Below, in pieces: positions 11,425 to 28,130 of a stretch of 64,000 nucleotides of DNA; position 1 is the first letter of the stretch, and each line of letters starts with the position of its first letter. The DNA lies in assembly GCF_009914755.1 (NCBI RefSeq), contig NC_060934.1, one strand, 5' to 3'. Both the position numbers and the translations under genes were made by a program. This DNA comes from the human T2T-CHM13v2.0 reference genome, Homo sapiens. Under the pieces are notes generated by a model. That model made no database searches, had not been told where the DNA came from, and saw only the letters and a list, made by a program, of their open reading frames with translations.

Positions 11425-13435
11425 AATTAGGCTGTCTCTGGGAAGAGGAAAGGCATCACTGAGAAATCAGAGAGCGAGCCTTCTTCCCAGGGCGTAAAAT
11501 GTAGCCACGAATGAGGGACAAATTAACCAGGAACAATACTCACACTGATTACACCTCTTCACCCCTGGCATTCACTGCTGGCTCACTGGAACTTTCAGTT
11601 GCAGGAAGCCTATAATTTATGGGATTCCTTTGAAAATGCTTCTGTGAATAATGCATATCTCTGTCTACCGTCCATCAAATGATTTTGTCATTCCAAGTGG
11701 GTATGACCAATATGAATAGTTGGAATTGAGCTCCTGCTGGACTTGAAGGAGGATCACCCCTCTATTCATAATTACCTTATGTCATCGAGAAAGAGCTTTG
11801 CCCTGGATTCACAAAAGACTTTGGCTTGACACGTTACCTTACCTTAACCATATGCTACTGTGCAGGCAAAAAAAAAAAAAAAAAAAAATAGTGCCTTTTG
11901 AACGCTGACTGGAATTATATTCATTCCCCCAAGATAAATAGATTCTGTGGAACATATTCATTTTTTTCAAAGCCCATTCAGCATCGAGGAACATGCGTCG
12001 GATCTTTAGGTGGGTGGTGGTGCCAGAGCCAGACGAAGTGAGTTGAGGCAAATTAGCGAAGGTTCTGCCCCCAGGACTGACCTCCCTTTGGTCTAAGGGG
12101 CCATCCCATTGTCTCCACGAAGGATCCCTCTGCTAGAACCTTGGCCTCTCACCCTTGTCCTAATTTGTTAAGGTGAAGCTTGAAAGTGGAGCTATTTTTA
12201 CCCCGGGCACAATGACAGCCAGCACCACATGGAGATGGAGTGTGCTAGACAGCAAAGAGCATGAGGGATGTGAGCTTGGCTTTGTTCTTTGTTCATTGCT
12301 TGGCTCCTAGGCGCGTTTCCCACCCCAGGTGAGGTGCCCCAGCCCGGGAGGGTGTGTGTGCACGCAGTCCAGGACGGTGCCCCATACCGCCCACCTGCAC
12401 AATGGGACCATGGGTGGGCATGAAGGTAATGCTTTGCAGAGCACGCTCATCATCATGACCTCATGCCAGGCTCATTCTGTTCAGGCAACTGAGAATACCA
12501 CAAAGAAAATCACAGGGAAATAATGACCTCCCGTTCCTGTTGTCACACCATTAGGGAATGGCAGTCCCATTCCCTAATGGCAGGCTGGAACCCTGTCCCC
12601 TCTCCAAACACTCTTAAGGCCAAAGCAATGTGTACCTGCTTCTCTTGATCAGGAAGGATGTATCTGTGCCTGCCTTTAGAAAGAGAAGGAAAAAAAAATC
12701 CTTTGGAGAGTGTGGGAGGTTGGGGGTGGCTGGTAATGCCCCTGCTTTGGACACTGGGAGGCAGATGGAATTCCAGGGGCTGCTTGCCTGCAAAGTGCGT
12801 TGACTGGGATGTGGCCCAGTACACAGAGGCCGGCCAGCCAGAGGCAGGAGCAGAGCATCCCCAGACTCCTGGGGCCATAGGGCTCTGTGGCTGGCAAAGC
12901 AGGCCCCAGCGCTGCACCCCAGCCTCGTGTGGCCCTGAAGCTATCAGGCAACATGGATGCGGATGGGCTGGGCTGTGTCCGCTCCATGCAGAGCCCCAGG
13001 CAGGAGGGTCCCTGCGGCTGGAAGGGGCCAGAAAAAGGCTGAAGTTTGCTGCTCCCCTGAAGGACATGCATGTCAGTGGGGCAGATGGAGAGAGAGAGTC
13101 AAGAAAAGGGACCTGTAGCCCTGGCGCAGAGCTGTGACAAGAGTGAGATTGGGTGTCTTTGCTGTGTCGGGCATATATGCATTTGTATGGCTCAGAAACT
13201 GGGGGGAGTGCATGTTTTCCTAGGTCATCTGGACAACACTATTTTAAGAATTTTATCATCAACAGCATTAAAAGAGAACAAATTCTCAAATGATAAAAGG
13301 CCAGCCCATACACCCTTGGTCCAGGTCACAGTGTCCTGAGGCCTGACCCTGGTCAAGTGTGTCAGGGTCTTCGGGCACTCCCATCCTCTAACAACCCATG
13401 AAAATGAATACTTTTTTTTTTTTTTTTTTTTTTGC

Positions 13436-13910
13436 TTATCTAGATAGCAAATGAAAACATGGCGTTACACAGTGGTGGTGAGGGATGCATATGTGTGTGT
13501 GTGTGTGTGTGTATTTATGAAAATGCATGTTCAAGGACAGTCATTGCAGCACTACCTATAGTGGCAAAAGCTAAGAACAAGCTAGGTGTTCAACCAGAGC
13601 AGCATTGGTTCATTCCTATAATGAAGTTTTCAGAAATGGTGAAGAATATTGAATGATATGGAAGATGCTAAAAATCAAGAAACAATGACATAAAGCTACA
13701 TAATCATTGTGTTTCCAACTTTATAAAATATGTGCGTGCATGTGTTTATATACAATTTATGCATAGAGACACTTCAAGGAAACACCTAAATATTAGTGAT
13801 GATTGCCTCTGGAGGGTGAGGTTAAGGATGATTTTCTTTCTAATTTTTTCACTTGTCTATATTTTCCAAATTCTCTATACTGGATGTATTTTTATTATCA
13901 GAATAAACTC
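13436..13910 (+). mobile_element. old L1ME 3' fragment
   Basis: gcatgttcaaggacagtcattgcagcactacctatagtggcaaaa resembles the L1 ORF2 end and 3' UTR. Confidence 0.55.
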
Positions 13911-14261
13911 AAATGTGACTAAAATACACAAAGACCCCCACAGAATTTGTCCAACTAGTTTTGAGTCAGAAGCAAGGTGAGGTAGGCAAAGGCTGACATA
14001 TTTCTCACCTCGATCTTTCATTCATTTGTTCATTCATTTATTGAGATACTAGTTTGTCCTAAGGCTGTACAAACATTTGGGGCCCAATGTTGAACAAACC
14101 ATGGTCCCCAGCATGAATTATTAACCATTGAATGGAAAAATCTAGGCACGTACTGTGATGTGAAATTCAATAGATGCCAAGGAAACTCAGAGGAAAGGGT
14201 GTATCTGGGTGGGTAAGTTGTCAGAAAACTGGCACTGAGCTAACATTGAAGATTGACTGAC

Positions 14262-14818
14262 CGGGTATCTACCCAGAGGAAAAGAAGTCATTATTCGAAA
14301 AAGATACTTGTACACACATGTTTATTGCAGCACAATTCACAATTGCAAAATCGTGGAACTAACCCAAATGCCCATGAATCAATGAGTGGATAAAGAAACT
14401 CTGTTATATATATGCACACACACACACACACACGATGGAATACTACTCAGCCATAAAAATGAATGAATTAACAGCATTGGCAATGACCTGGATGAGATTG
14501 GAGACTACTATTTAAAGGGAAGTAACTCAGGAATGAAAAACCAAACACTGTATGTTCTCATTGATAAGTGGGAGCTAAGCTATGAGGACGCAAAGGCATA
14601 AGAATGATACGGTGGACTTTACGGACTTCGGGGGAAGGGTGGGAGGAGAGGTGAGGGATAAAAGACTACAAATATGGTGCAGTGTATACTGCTTGGGTGA
14701 TGGGTTCACCAGGATCTCACAAATCATCACTAAAGAACTTACTCATGCAACCAAATACCACCTGTACCCCAATAACTTATGGAAAAATAAAAAAAAAATA
14801 AATGATGAAAAAAAAAAA
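14262..14818 (+). mobile_element. L1PB1-like 3' fragment
   Basis: gggtatctacccagaggaaaagaagtcatta...ctatgaggacgcaaaggcataagaatgat...polyA; 13-bp TSD aagattgactgac at 14249-14261 and 14817-14829. Confidence 0.88.
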
Positions 14819-15204
14819 GATTGACTGACTAGGAAAAAAAAAACCAAAAGAATAGTCCAAGGGACCAAGACAGAGAGAAAAATGGCTGGGGGCTGGTGAA
14901 GCATTTCCTGGGATTAGAGAATAAGACTGATGGAGAGAGAGAGCAATGGGAGATGAAAATAGAATGGCTGAGGCTTGATCACGCTAAAGAATTAAGGTTT
15001 TCTTCCCTAGGTCAGTGGTGTTCCAACTGTGGGTCTCACAATCCTGTAACAGGCCATGAAATCATTAGGGCAGGGGGTCACAGCCTACATTTAAAACAAC
15101 AACAAAGTATCCAAAGGAAGAGAATTAAAAAATACATCACCTATACTAAGGGTGAAATTTATTTTTGTTCATGAAATGTATTTTTCTTTTATTAAAAAAC
15201 TTTA

Positions 15205-15582
15205 AAAATGTTTTATTTCGAGACAATTACAGATGAAAAGGAAGTTGCAAAGAAATGTATAGGGAGGTCCCATGCACCCCCACCCCAGCCTCCTCCAATG
15301 TTAGTAACCTTCACAAATACAGTACAACATCAGAACCAGAGAGTTGACATTGGTGTAACCCATGGCGCTTATGAAGATTTCACCAGTTATGCACAGGCTC
15401 ATTGGCCTGAATGGGCATATATAGAGCCATGTGATTCCGTTGCATGTGTAGTCTCCTGTAATCCCACCACCACCAAGATACAGAGCCAGACTATCACCAC
15501 AAGTCTCCCTTGTGTACACCCCTGTAGCTCACCTGCCCCCTACCATTCCCCAACTCCTGGCAACCACCAATCTGTCCTCCAG
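15205..15582 (-). mobile_element. L1MC 3' UTR fragment
   Basis: ggaagttgcaaagaaatgtatagggaggtcccatgcaccc...cctggcaaccaccaatctgtcctcca. Confidence 0.7.
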
Positions 15583-15663
15583 GAAACTGATCTTTTGGCT
15601 GTGTGTGTGAATATGCCTGTGCACATGTGTATGTGTACTGGATCATGATGTAAAATGTATTTC

Positions 15664-15950
<287 letters not shown>

Positions 15951-17316
15951 TAGAGGTCATCCTGGCAGCAGTGTGGAGGATGCATTGAAAAGAGGAGTGA
16001 AGTGGGGATAGGGAGACCAGCTCTCTGTCTCCCCACATGAGCTCTCAGGAGATGTGTGAACTCTCCCTCTCTCCCTCCCTCCTCCCTTTCCCCACCCTCA
16101 TTCTCTCTCTCCCTTTCATCATTAAATATACCCCTATAAAATAACATCTTTCTGTTGATCTCTGCTAGTCTTAGCAATTCTCTGCTGCACTCCTCAAATA
16201 TTATATTTTATAATGAATGCTGCACACCCACTAGTTAACTAGGATGGAGCTATGGCTACTTAATTCTTTTTCACAAACTCTACCCATGTGAATAACAGTA
16301 AGATATTAGAATTCTGTGATTGCAACTTGTTCTTGATTTCCTTTACTATTTTTAAATTCTACACTGTTAAAGTTTTTAAATTCAAAGTACCATAGCTGGT
16401 TGATTTAACTTGATTTTCATTATCAGTGAAGGAGAGCAAGCAACCTAAACAAAGGCCATGGTTCATAAGGCATTAGGACATGAGCCACTTCCTGGAGACA
16501 GTGGGTTCTGGCTCTTGTTTATGGCGTGTCCACTCTCAGCTCTCTCTGCCTTACCTGGGTGGGGAGGAGTGGCTGAGGGAGGGTGTAAGGAAAGCCGTGA
16601 GGAGACTTCCCAGTGACGATATTGAAGCACACTCTCACCCCACCCAGATTGGTTTCTGTTGCTGTTGTTGTTTGCCTGGGAGTGCGCAGTGAAGCCACAT
16701 CTGGAGGACAAGGACAAATACAAGCCAGCTGGACAGTGACTAGCGAGATAGAGGGTCCTGCTCATTAGATGCTATTCAGAAATTTAAAAAATAAAATGCT
16801 TAGGACTCAGGATCAGTGAGCAGGCAGGGGCATTAGCTGGGACACCGAGGAAGAAGATGCTGGCAAAGTTAGGAAGCCAAGATGATCTTTGCTGAAAAGG
16901 TCGGTGGAGAATCCGCTGCAGGAGCAGTGGGCAGTGGGCAGCAGTCGGTAGGGATGGGGACAGTCTCTCACAAGAGAAGGGCAGACTTGCCATTTTCCCA
17001 TCCCACGTCCATTCCTTTCATCTGAAATTGAACTTGAATAAGCCCAATTAAAATAAATTTTAAAATTGTATTTTTACAACTGTTTTCTTTCTTTTTTTTT
17101 AATTTTATTATTATTATACTTTAAGTTTTAGGGTACATGTGCACAACGTGCAGGTTAGTTACATATGTATACATGTGCCATGTTGGTGTGCTGCACCCAT
17201 TAACTTGTCATTTAGCATTAGGTATATCTCCTAATGCTATCCCTCCCCACTCCCCCACCCCACAAGAGTCCCCGGTGTGTGATGTTCCCCTTCCTATGTC
17301 CATGTGTTCTCATTGT

Positions 17317-21144
<3,828 letters not shown>

Positions 21145-21207
21145 TATGATGTTAGCTGGTTATTTTGCTCGTTAGTTGATGCAGTTTCTTCCTAGTCTCG
21201 ATGGTCT

Positions 21208-22224
21208 TTACATTTTGGCATGATTTTGCAGTGGCTGGTACCGGTTGTTCCTTTCCATGTTTAGCGCTTCCTTCAGGAGCTCTTTTAGGACAGGCCTGGT
21301 GGTGACAAAATCTCTCAGCATTTGCTTGTCTGTAAAGGATTTTATTTCTCCTTCATTTATGAAGCTTAGTTTGGCTGGATATGAAATTCTGGGTTGAAAA
21401 TTCTTTTCTTTAAGAATGTTGAATATTGGCCCCCACTCTCTTCTGGCTTGTAGAGTTTCTGTGGAGAGATCAGCTGTTAGTCTGATGGGCTTCCCTTTGA
21501 GGGTAACCCGACCTTTCTCTCTGGCTGCCCTTAACATTTTTTCCTTCATTTCAACTTTGGTGAATCTGACAATTATGTGTCTTGGAGTTGCTCTTCTCGA
21601 GGAGTATCTTTGTGGCATTCTCTGTATTTCCTGAATCTGAATGTTGGCCTGGCTTGCTAGATTGGGGAAGTTCTCCTGGATAATATCCTGCAGAGTGTTT
21701 TCCAACTTGGTTCCATTCTCCCCATCACTTTCAGGTACACCAATCAGACGTAGATTTGGTCTTTTCACTTAGTCCCACATTTCTTGGAGGGTTCGTTCAT
21801 TTCTTTTTATTCTTTTTTCTCTAAACTTCTCTTCATGCTTCATTTCATTCATTTCATCTTCCATCGCTGATACCCTTTCTTCCAGTTGGTCGCATTGGTT
21901 ACTGAGGCTTCTGCATTCGTCACGTAGCTCTTGTGCCTTGGTTTTCAGCTCCATCAGGTCCTTTAAGGACTTCTCTGCATTGGTTATTCTAGTTATCCAT
22001 TCGTCTAATTTTTTTTCAAAGCTTTGAACTTCTTTGCCATTGACTCGAATTTCCTCCTGTAGCTCAGAGTAGTTTGATCGTCTGAAGCCTTCTTCTCTCA
22101 ACTGGTCAAAGTCATTCTCCATCCAGCTTTGTTCCGTTGCTGGTGAGGAGCTGTGTTCCTTTGGAGGAGGAGAGGCGCTCTGATTTTTAAAGTTTCCAGT
22201 TTTTCTGCTCTGTTTTTTTCCCAT
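21208..22224 (-). pseudogene. L1 ORF1 (RNA-binding protein) with one in-frame nonsense codon at 21769-21771
   Basis: MGKKQSRKTGN...QEMWD*VKRPNLRLIGVPE...LQNHAKM; 1017 bp, frame preserved. Confidence 0.95.
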
Positions 22225-24788
22225 CTTTGTGGTTTTATGTACGTTTGGTCTTTGATGATGGTGACGTACAGATGGATTTTTGGTGTGGATGTCCCTTCTG
22301 TTTGTTAGTTTTCCTTCTAACAGACAGGACCCTCAGCTGCAGGTCTATTGGAGTTTGCTAGAGGTCCACTCCAGACCCTGTTTGCCTGGGTTTCAGCAGC
22401 GGTGGCTGCAGAACAGTGTATATTGGTGAACCGCAAATGCTGCTGCCTGATTCTTCCTCTGGAAGTTTTGTCTCAGAGGAGTACCCGGCCGTGTGAGGTG
22501 TCAGTCCGCCCCTACTGGGGGGTGCCTCCCAGTTAGGCTACTTGGGGGTCAGGGACTCACTTGAGGAGGCAGTCTGCCCGTTCTCAGATCTCAAGCTGCG
22601 TGCTGGGAGAACCACTACTCTCTTCAAAGCTCAGTTGGAAATGCAGAAATCACCCATCTTCTGCATCACTCATGCTGGAAGCTGTAGACCGGAGCTGTTC
22701 CTATTCAGCCATCTTGAGAAACTATAATTGTTTTCTTAATTGTTAAATGGGATTTGCAATATTCCTAGGTCACATTGTTGTAGGGATCAAATATACCAGG
22801 TAAGTGCTGGCTTTTCCTTGTTGTAACCATTGAAATGCTGCCAAATAAATAAATCCATCAGTCTTTTTTTTTTTTTTTTAATGAGCAAAGACATAGTCAG
22901 AGGTAGGTGGGAGATGATGGTAGTGGACAGTCGCTCAGTTCCTTTCTCTTCATGGAAGGGGTCCTTGGACTGTGCTGTCTATCAGCTCCAAAGCCCGTGT
23001 TCCAACTCTGTTTCCCACCCAGCACCGTTTGGATAAATTCTTAAGTTCCACTCTCCACCTATTGTTCTGGTAGATCTCTGCTCCATAAAGCAATGCTTTG
23101 ATATTTTTAAAGCTTATCCACTGTAGGGAGACATTTTTCTTTTCCTTGTTTTTTGACTCTGAATCTATGGAGGAATTCCAAGCATTTCTCTCTTTTCTCA
23201 TTAAGCAATGAGCCAGTCAGAAGCACTAAGATTCACTGTAATGAAGAAAGTTTGCTGAGCCCTAAGATGTCTGAAGTGGTGCACCCTGGCTTTCCACGGT
23301 GGATGGAGGGGCAGTGGTCTTTTTCTCTTTTGACAGGAAATGGAGAGGAGGTCATCTGAGAGCTCTTCCTGCCTCTTGGTCTGGGATTCTCTTTAAGTGT
23401 GGAAATGTAGAAAAAAAAAATCAGGGTGTCTTGTTTCCTTATAGACAGTGCTTTGTTTTTCAGACCAGCACGCTTACCTTTTCCTTTCCAAGATATTGAA
23501 TGATCACTTAAATGTATCAGCTAATAGAAAATGACTGGTCGGAGGCTGGATCTTTTTGGCAAGGTCTGTAGTTGTCCTCTCCAAACGCGGGAGCTATGAA
23601 AATGCTGAATTCTTTCATTTGTCCAGAGAAACTGGGGACTGCGATTCTGATCGCAGTGAGCCTAAGTGAGTCACGCCTCACCAGAGCACTAATTTCCCAC
23701 ATGGCCAGCTCAGGTGGGAAGGAGGCAACTAGACAGGGGCAAACACCTGGGTTCTGGGAGCTGAGGTCACCTTATCCGTTGTGAGTGCCAGTTGTTTTGA
23801 AAGATTGGAGTAAAAACAATAGTGCAAACAATAAACGGGAGAACTGAGGGCTTGGCAGAATTGTCAGTGTATTTACTTCAGTGGAAGCTTTGAACTCACC
23901 GAGTAGATCAGGCCCCTTGCCTATCTTTTCAAAAAGTGCTCTCTGGAAAAAATGTCAAAAGCTCCTAGTAGGAGAGGACTATGAAGACAGACCTTGGGAG
24001 CAGGTGAAGCTCTTAGGCCTCCCAGTTCATTGTCACTGCCAGCCCTTCACAGTGAGGAGACACAGATGTCGCCAACAGACAGGTGAGGGGGACGTTGCTT
24101 ATGACACCACTTAGCCCTGTGCACGCAGCGACTGTCTTTGCTCTTTGTCATTTTTTTAACCATTAGTCTGAGATGGCATGAGAAGGGACTACAGGGCATG
24201 GGGAGTGGAAATAATGACCAGGCTTGAGCAGTAACAGGACCACCTCTATTCTATCAAACTAACAGAAGCTGCGTGGGCTGCGCAAGGTTGGATTATGTGG
24301 TTCGCTTTCCAGATAGATGCAAATAGCCAGAAATGGAGACTAAACTGTGTGCAGAATTAGGACACTCCGGGTGTCCCTGGACTCTGTGCGTTTGGTGCCA
24401 TCTTAATGAACGGTGGGAGTCAGAATAATCAAATCTTGAAGCTGTGTCCAAATTCTCTTAAGAGAGACAGCCCGAGGCAGAACACTGCAGGTTTCAGGAG
24501 GAAGCTGCTAAGTGAGTATTGAGGATCATTATCATTAGGGAAGGGAGAGGTGACACTGAGCCTGTCACCTGCCTTGTCCAAGCAAGCCAGGGCTATGTCA
24601 GTGTGAAGGAGCGAAATGAGCCTATTACTTTTGAGAAGTTAGCCAAAGTCTTTCTTTTCCCCTAAAATACCCTAAAAATAGAGTCGATGATGACATAGGG
24701 AGAGGAGAGAGATTTTGGAAGAGAAGCTCATGTTAACTGGATAATTGAATTAGCTGTCCATTTTACTTTGCAACTTGAGTTTGGTTAG

Positions 24789-24790
<2 letters not shown>

Positions 24791-24826
<36 letters not shown>

Positions 24827-24836
24827 CTGTGTGTGT
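24791..24836. repeat. (TG)n microsatellite
   Basis: About 16 perfect GT units plus an imperfect extension. Confidence 0.95.
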
Positions 24837-25332
24837 GGTTTGATTTTCCAAATAATGTGCCCAAAGTGATACCAAGAAGGTAATTATACAAAATTCTTTA
24901 AACTCAAGGAGCTTTATGCACACATTTGCTCTTTTAGTGGGCATATCATTTGAATATTGATGCTGGTGAATTTCTATTGCTTTCCAACTTTTGTATTGTC
25001 CATTAGGTGTTTTTCTTTGAAATTATAATCTGTGCACACGTAAAAGACTCTTGCATATGAATCATATTCTACCTTTTTCATAGGGACATAAAATATTTTT
25101 ATTATATAAAAAAACCTCTATGAAGAGGAAAATGTATGAATATAAAAATTCAAGTATCACATTGTGGTGAATTTTATCATTGTGAAATATTGATCTTGGT
25201 AAGATTTTAGCTTTCTGCATTGCTTTTTAGTTTGCATGATGTTATTTATATTGTGACATTGTACTTTCTTTTATTATTTTCTGGTAAACATTGTTTTCTG
25301 ATTATTTATTTTTAACATTTGTTATTAGCTAA

Positions 25333-25722
<390 letters not shown>

Positions 25723-25972
25723 TGAAATGAAATGAAAGTTACTTTATTTTCTTGTTTTTCCTCATCTGTTTCTCCTTGTTTTCTTAACATTCATGAGCAG
25801 GTTTTCATCTTATGTTGAATACATCCTCACGCTGCTGTAGGAATAACTTTTTGTATTACACCACTTCTGGAACACTGTGCCACTGTTCAAAAAATTTCAG
25901 TGACCTGTTCGTTTCCCCATTACCTCCAAACTACTCTTCCTTTCTTTCAAAACCAAGTTGGCTTTTAAATAT

Positions 25973-26356
25973 TGATAAGGTTTGTGTGTGTCCCCACCCG
26001 AAATCTCATCTTGAATTGTAATCCCCATAATCCTCATAATCTCCACATGTCAAGGGAGAGACCAGGTGGAGGTAATTGAATCATGGGGCGGTTTCCCCAT
26101 GCTGTTCTTGTGATAGGAGTGAGTTCTCATGAGATCTGATGGTTTTATAAGTGTTTGGTAGTTCCTCCTGTGTTCATTCCCCCTTCTGCTGCCTTGTGAA
26201 GAAGGTGTCTTGCTTCCCCTTTGCCTTCTGCCATGATTGTAAATTTCCTGAGGCCTCCCCACCCATGCAGAACTGTGAGTCAGTTATGCCTCTTTCCTTT
26301 ATAAATTGCTCAATCTTGGGCATTTCTTTATAGCAGTGTGAGAACGGACTAATTCA
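25973..26356 (+). mobile_element. THE1D-like (MaLR) solo LTR
   Basis: tgataaggtttgtgtgtgtccccaccc...gagaacggactaattca; 5-bp TSD aatat/aatac. Confidence 0.88.
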
Positions 26357-28130
26357 AATACAGTTGAATAGATAAATGAATAACGCAGTTACTCCTCATT
26401 CTAATCAGACCAGTATCCTGACTCTCATGAACATAGAATATGCAATCCCTTCACTCATGTTATTCTTTTCAAAATTTGAAGGAGAGAACTTTCCAGTAGA
26501 ACCAAAAAGCAGTGTGGATTTGACATTCACTCCAGCCTCATCCTGTCTCAGTCTGTGTCCAAGGTCCACTTCTCTGACCTGAAGCTTCCTGGGAAACAAA
26601 CCTTACAGGTCTTACTTCTCCTCTAGACCTCAACGTGTTTTCTTTATCTCACCACAAAATCTACACTGTTGCCTTCAGTTGTTTACTAGCAATGCACGCA
26701 TATCAGTTTTGTCTCACCAATTAGACTACAGACTATGTTTATGTCTCTTTAATATACTCATAACATGCAGTTGAGTATTGGTCGTATGAGTATTGATTTT
26801 TTATTAACCAACAAATTAACTTCTAAACAAGTGACTTACGAGTCAATTTTGTATAGGGAACCTGATATATGAGCTAAGGACTTCTTATATGTGATTTATT
26901 TTGCATGAAAAATAAATATATTTGTTGAATAAACAAAAACTATTCCTGAATTTTTTGAATATTTTTAATATAGATTTTTAAAAATAATTATGTTTTGGAT
27001 AATAATTTTTTGAAAAGTTTTTCTGAATAATTTTTTGAATCTATAAGCAACATGTTATTCCTGAATATGTTGCTTATAGATAAAGTACTATTTTTTTTTT
27101 GCAAAATGTGGCTCTTAAAGAAAAAATTTATTACTCGATAAGTTAATCAGCATGGACATGTAGAAAATTAAAACTTATTATTCTCTCTATTAAAATATGT
27201 GAGATTTCCCTCTTCCTTTATATGGCTTTATGAGTTCTAAGGCCCTGCTCTCCAAATGACACACATTGTTTAACTTTGTGGATTTTTATCTGACCCAGTG
27301 GGGTGGATTCTTTGTATCTCTCATGCAAACTCAATATAATTATTACTGTATTTTACTTGCTTGGCTGGCTAGTCTATATTCTGCAAATAAAAAAGGTTTA
27401 ATGTGATGAGCATACCATAACAAGCAGCAAGCTGTCAGAGAACAATACCATGTTCCTCCCAGCTGATTTTGAGATAGAACCTTCTGACCCAGGTTCTAAG
27501 ATAAGCATCTAAAACGCATCCCTAAATATGTTTAAAAGTACAACATCAAAGGAACCCTCTTTAGAAATGGAAAAAAATTTAGGAAGATGCTACCTTGTTT
27601 TTCCCTTGAATTCTGCATTTCACTAATGCCCATGTCAAGACACATTTATTTACTCTTCCTTTAAGTTACTTGATTAATAAAGAAATTATTTTCTTCATCA
27701 ACAGTTAGCCAGACCGAATGTGGAGTTAGAAAGTGTTTATATAAAAATTTAAATTCCTATTCTTTGAGATGGAGTGTGTCAGCGTGCCAGGAGAACACTT
27801 GTATCATGAAGCCATTCTGACTGAACCCCAAAGAGGACTCTTTGGAGAGTCTCAGTGTAGCATTTTGAAGACCTTTTGTGTCAAGATCATCCAAGTGGAA
27901 ATTGTCTTCCTACAGAATAGTGGTCTGCTTGTTTGCTCTCACTCTCTGGCCTTTACTTCTTCCATGCTGACACCACGTCTCTGAGTGGCTCCTCAGCTCC
28001 CAAGTGCCTCAGCTACTTGGGCCCCACTGTCTGTCCCAGCAATCGTTCTCACTGTGTGAAGACAATTGGTCCTGTTCTTCCCACTCCTTCCTCTACATTA
28101 AGGTTAAATTTCAAGATCTGTCCTCTACAA

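Noticed and set aside
12543-13137. Three overlapping ORFs of 131-174 aa
   Set aside because: A locally GC-rich stretch depletes stops in all frames; peptides are rich in P/G/W/C with no domain; not CpG-dense enough to call an island
15208-15648. 146-aa ORF
   Set aside because: Lies in the antisense 3' UTR of an L1MC fragment
22225-22716. L1 antisense promoter and ORF0
   Set aside because: The part of the 5' UTR that carries them was removed by the 97/622 splice
23478-23520. 43-nt minus-strand exon-like segment with AAG|GTAAGC donor
   Set aside because: No supporting context; it shows how often pseudo-exons occur and is why other exon calls are scored low
24317-24324. Octamer ATGCAAAT as a promoter element
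   Set aside because: The same 8-mer occurs several times in the window, including inside repeats; expected by chance in AT-rich DNA
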